20,000 nt of DNA from Lentisphaeria bacterium. GTDB taxonomy: Bacteria; Verrucomicrobiota; Lentisphaeria; JABSQK01; JAWLHB01. The notes under the pieces are model-generated. The model ran no database searches. It saw only the letters and a program-made list of their open reading frames with translations, and was not told where the DNA came from. The first letter of the stretch is position 1, and each line of letters begins with the position of its first letter. Shown one piece after another: positions 17,654 to 20,000 of the stretch. The translations under genes were made by a program, and so were the position numbers. The DNA lies in assembly GCA_041690595.1 (NCBI GenBank), contig JAWLHB010000009.1:122538-142537 (forward strand), written 5' to 3'.

Positions 17654-18338
17654 CTCCCCCAAGCGGGCTGACAACAACCGCGGCCTGTGTGCCAGTTGCG
17701 GAGCTGACGGCGTTGACCAGAAGCAGACACTTCATGGCGGCGTCCGTGTACATGGCGCCGGCGTCCGGCTCAGCGTTGCTGACAGGTTGCCAGCCGTCGG
17801 CGCGCAGCGCGGTATCGTACGTCGCGGTAAAGGCGGCTGGGGGAAGGGAGAGACTGAACATGGCGCACGTCATATCGCGACCGGCAAAGGTCATGACGGT
17901 CCCAATCTGTGCCGCCGGAGGCCTCGGGAGAAAGGCAGGCCATTGGGCCTCACCGCCACGCTCGGCGGTGCGGCGACTGAGGTTCATGCGAAAGACCAGC
18001 GTCCGTTGTCGCTGACCTGTGGCAAGAAGATAGAAGCGGACAAGCCGATCCTCGCCGACAGGCGTCTCGATGATGACGGAGTTGGCGTTGCCAATGGCCC
18101 GAAAATCCCGCAGAAGCGGCGCGAGACGACGCAGCAAGGCAGTGAGCTCTTCATGGCTGAGGCCGACGCGCAGCCTGGCAACGTCGCCATTAATAGTGAC
18201 CTTGTCTTCGCTGACCTCCCGCAGGTCGAGCTCCTTGTCGATGGAGGCCGCACCTTTGCCGTCATGGGTGGTAAAAATCATCGCCGACGCGGGAAAGGCG
18301 ATGGCCAGGAGCAGGCAGAAGAGGACCGGAACGCGCAT
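17640..18338 (-). CDS. Hypothetical exported protein
   Basis: Sec signal peptide MRVPVLFCLLLAIAFPASA|; SD GAGGAG overlapping the upstream stop; 9-nt gap to the TadG-like gene; 14-nt convergent overlap with the radical SAM gene. Confidence 0.75.
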   Translation of the reverse strand: MRVPVLFCLLLAIAFPASAMIFTTHDGKGAASIDKELDLREVSEDKVTINGDVARLRVGLSHEELTALLRRLAPLLRDFRAIGNANSVIIETPVGEDRLVRFYLLATGQRQRTLVFRMNLSRRTAERGGEAQWPAFLPRPPAAQIGTVMTFAGRDMTCAMFSLSLPPAAFTATYDTALRADGWQPVSNAEPDAGAMYTDAAMKCLLLVNAVSSATGTQAAVVVSPLGGVSGE

Positions 18339-18347
18339 GATGACTCC

Positions 18348-19997
18348 TCAGTGAATGATGCCGGGGCCACCGCGGGACCCGCCGCCGGGGCCACCCGTGA
18401 AGACCGGCTCGCAGGGATCGCGTTGATCGTCCTCATTGCCGAGGATACCATCCTCGCCTGCCATGTAGTCGTTCCGCCAATCGTCGAAGTCAAACCAGCC
18501 GACGCGAAAATCGGAACTCATGTTATTGAACAGGTTGATGGCGCTGAGGAAGTAGGCGTACCGGTTGAGGAGATCCTCGGGAACATCGGGGAAGTCGGGG
18601 TGGCCAAAATACTCGATGAGAAAGCGGTAGAAGCTGGGTTCGCGATCGACGATGTTGCTGTTGAGGAGGCTGACGGGTATTAGGCGCACCTGCTCGAAGA
18701 CGGGAAGGACGATACCAGAACGGTGGGGCGGATCGCTGCCGAGGCGCCCAAAGGGCTTGGCTGCACTGACGCTCTCCACCATCTCGCTGGAGCGCAACGT
18801 TCTGAGGCCGTATTCGGCGCGAGAGAGTTGGCCGGAGCCCCGCATGTTCAGCGCAGAGCCGATACTGGAGAATTCCTCCTCGTTTTCCGGCTGCCCGTGT
18901 TTCCACGACCAGCGCCCGGATATGATGGAGGGGGCCGCATGCGTGATGATTCGGGCAGCAGCGCCGCCGTAGGTGTATTCACGGCGAAAGTCACTGCGCA
19001 GGTAGCCGTTCACATAATCGTAGATGGCGGTCTGCCCCCAGCCCCACCCATCGCCTGTGAGGTCGTACACCGCCCAGGTGATCTCCGGCAGGCCGGGCTG
19101 AACCGCGGGAATCGGCTCCAACTCGCGTGAAGCCATTTCCTGATACATGACAGCGGGATCGTACTGAGCGCCGCTGCCGAACTCCACATAAAGCGGGAGA
19201 ATCTCACTGCCGGGAAACCAGGATTCGGGCGTGAGATCGAGGTTGATGGCTGAAATGTCGATCGGGGGTGCATCCGGCCCCATGCCGCGCTGATAGAACC
19301 AGCAGTAGTTGCGCGAATGAACCGCGCGATAGAAGTCGAGGTCGAGGAGAAGATCGGCGCCGGATCCATTCAGGTGAGGCGAACCGAAGAGGTAGCGGCT
19401 GTTGACGGGTCTTGCCGCTATACCTCGCCAGGCGATCTCCTCGAGCATTACCTGATAGGAGGATATCCAATTGTACCCAAGGCCGCGTGGATCGTTGCCA
19501 TAGATGTTCTCGTACAGAGAGCCGCCGCGCCAATCCATCCAGGTGTTGATGTGGTAATAGATACCGCTCGTGTAGCTCCCTGAGGTGCGAAGTGCATTGC
19601 CCTTGGCGCTCTGCTGCGCCGCGGCCAGGCCGATCAGTGGCCCGACATAGGTGAGGCGGGTCTGCATGTTGGTGAGCAGGTTGACCGAAGCAAGCAGCTC
19701 TTCTTCCGGAATGGGCAGCGGTTCGTCGGGAGCGGCGGTTGGCGGAATGCCATAGATGAGCATCGTCGATGCTTTGATGAGGTTCAACTCGCCGATCGTG
19801 TTCAGCGTCCGCCCCTGCCAGGCCGCGGCGGTAAGGGCGGCGGCATCGGCGCCGTTCTGCGTCGTGGCGCGGACCCGAATGACGTTCTGCACGTCATAGA
19901 GGAAGAAGATGACCACCAGAATGATGAGCATGATCATGACGGCAAAGATCAGGACCTGACCTTTCTGCCGGCGCCGGTTGAGATGGGGGTGGCTCAT
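18348..19997 (-). CDS. TadG-like (Tad/Flp pilus-assembly N-terminal domain) large pseudopilin
   Basis: Class III-like prepilin leader RRRQKG|QVLIFAVMIMLIILVVIFFLYD, followed by the Tad-domain signature QNGADAAALTAA; about 480-aa C-terminal region not recognised. Confidence 0.78.
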   Translation of the reverse strand: MSHPHLNRRRQKGQVLIFAVMIMLIILVVIFFLYDVQNVIRVRATTQNGADAAALTAAAWQGRTLNTIGELNLIKASTMLIYGIPPTAAPDEPLPIPEEELLASVNLLTNMQTRLTYVGPLIGLAAAQQSAKGNALRTSGSYTSGIYYHINTWMDWRGGSLYENIYGNDPRGLGYNWISSYQVMLEEIAWRGIAARPVNSRYLFGSPHLNGSGADLLLDLDFYRAVHSRNYCWFYQRGMGPDAPPIDISAINLDLTPESWFPGSEILPLYVEFGSGAQYDPAVMYQEMASRELEPIPAVQPGLPEITWAVYDLTGDGWGWGQTAIYDYVNGYLRSDFRREYTYGGAAARIITHAAPSIISGRWSWKHGQPENEEEFSSIGSALNMRGSGQLSRAEYGLRTLRSSEMVESVSAAKPFGRLGSDPPHRSGIVLPVFEQVRLIPVSLLNSNIVDREPSFYRFLIEYFGHPDFPDVPEDLLNRYAYFLSAINLFNNMSSDFRVGWFDFDDWRNDYMAGEDGILGNEDDQRDPCEPVFTGGPGGGSRGGPGIIH

Positions 19998-20000
19998 GAT

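Noticed and set aside
15980..17677. 565-aa minus-strand ORF
   Set aside because: Antisense shadow of the radical SAM gene; no motifs.

Overview
GC-rich bacterial chromosomal window. The gene order suggests a PVC-superphylum organism, possibly Lentisphaerota or Kiritimatiellota, but that is inference only. Minus strand, read right to left: a TadG-like pseudopilin gene and a secreted hypothetical protein (probably the tail of an operon entering from the right); a gmhA-like SIS isomerase; a type IV filament motor cluster with two tandem PilB/GspE ATPases, pilT and pilC; the rpsP-khpA-trmD-rplS-rnhB operon (no rimM), extended by a Ste24-type M48 protease; and the 5' end of a BatA/VWA gene that the ORF track missed. 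Plus strand: a MacAB-type ABC exporter (adaptor, ATPase, permease), tRNA-Leu(CAG) with promoter and terminator, and a B12-binding radical SAM enzyme. I saw no mobile element, CRISPR array or defence system, and the window is mostly core or ordinary. The best leads are the dual-PilB motor with degenerate MshEN motifs, the Tad-like pilin with a GspG-like acidic loop, a KhpA with a putative membrane-targeting N-terminal extension, and several structured non-coding segments.
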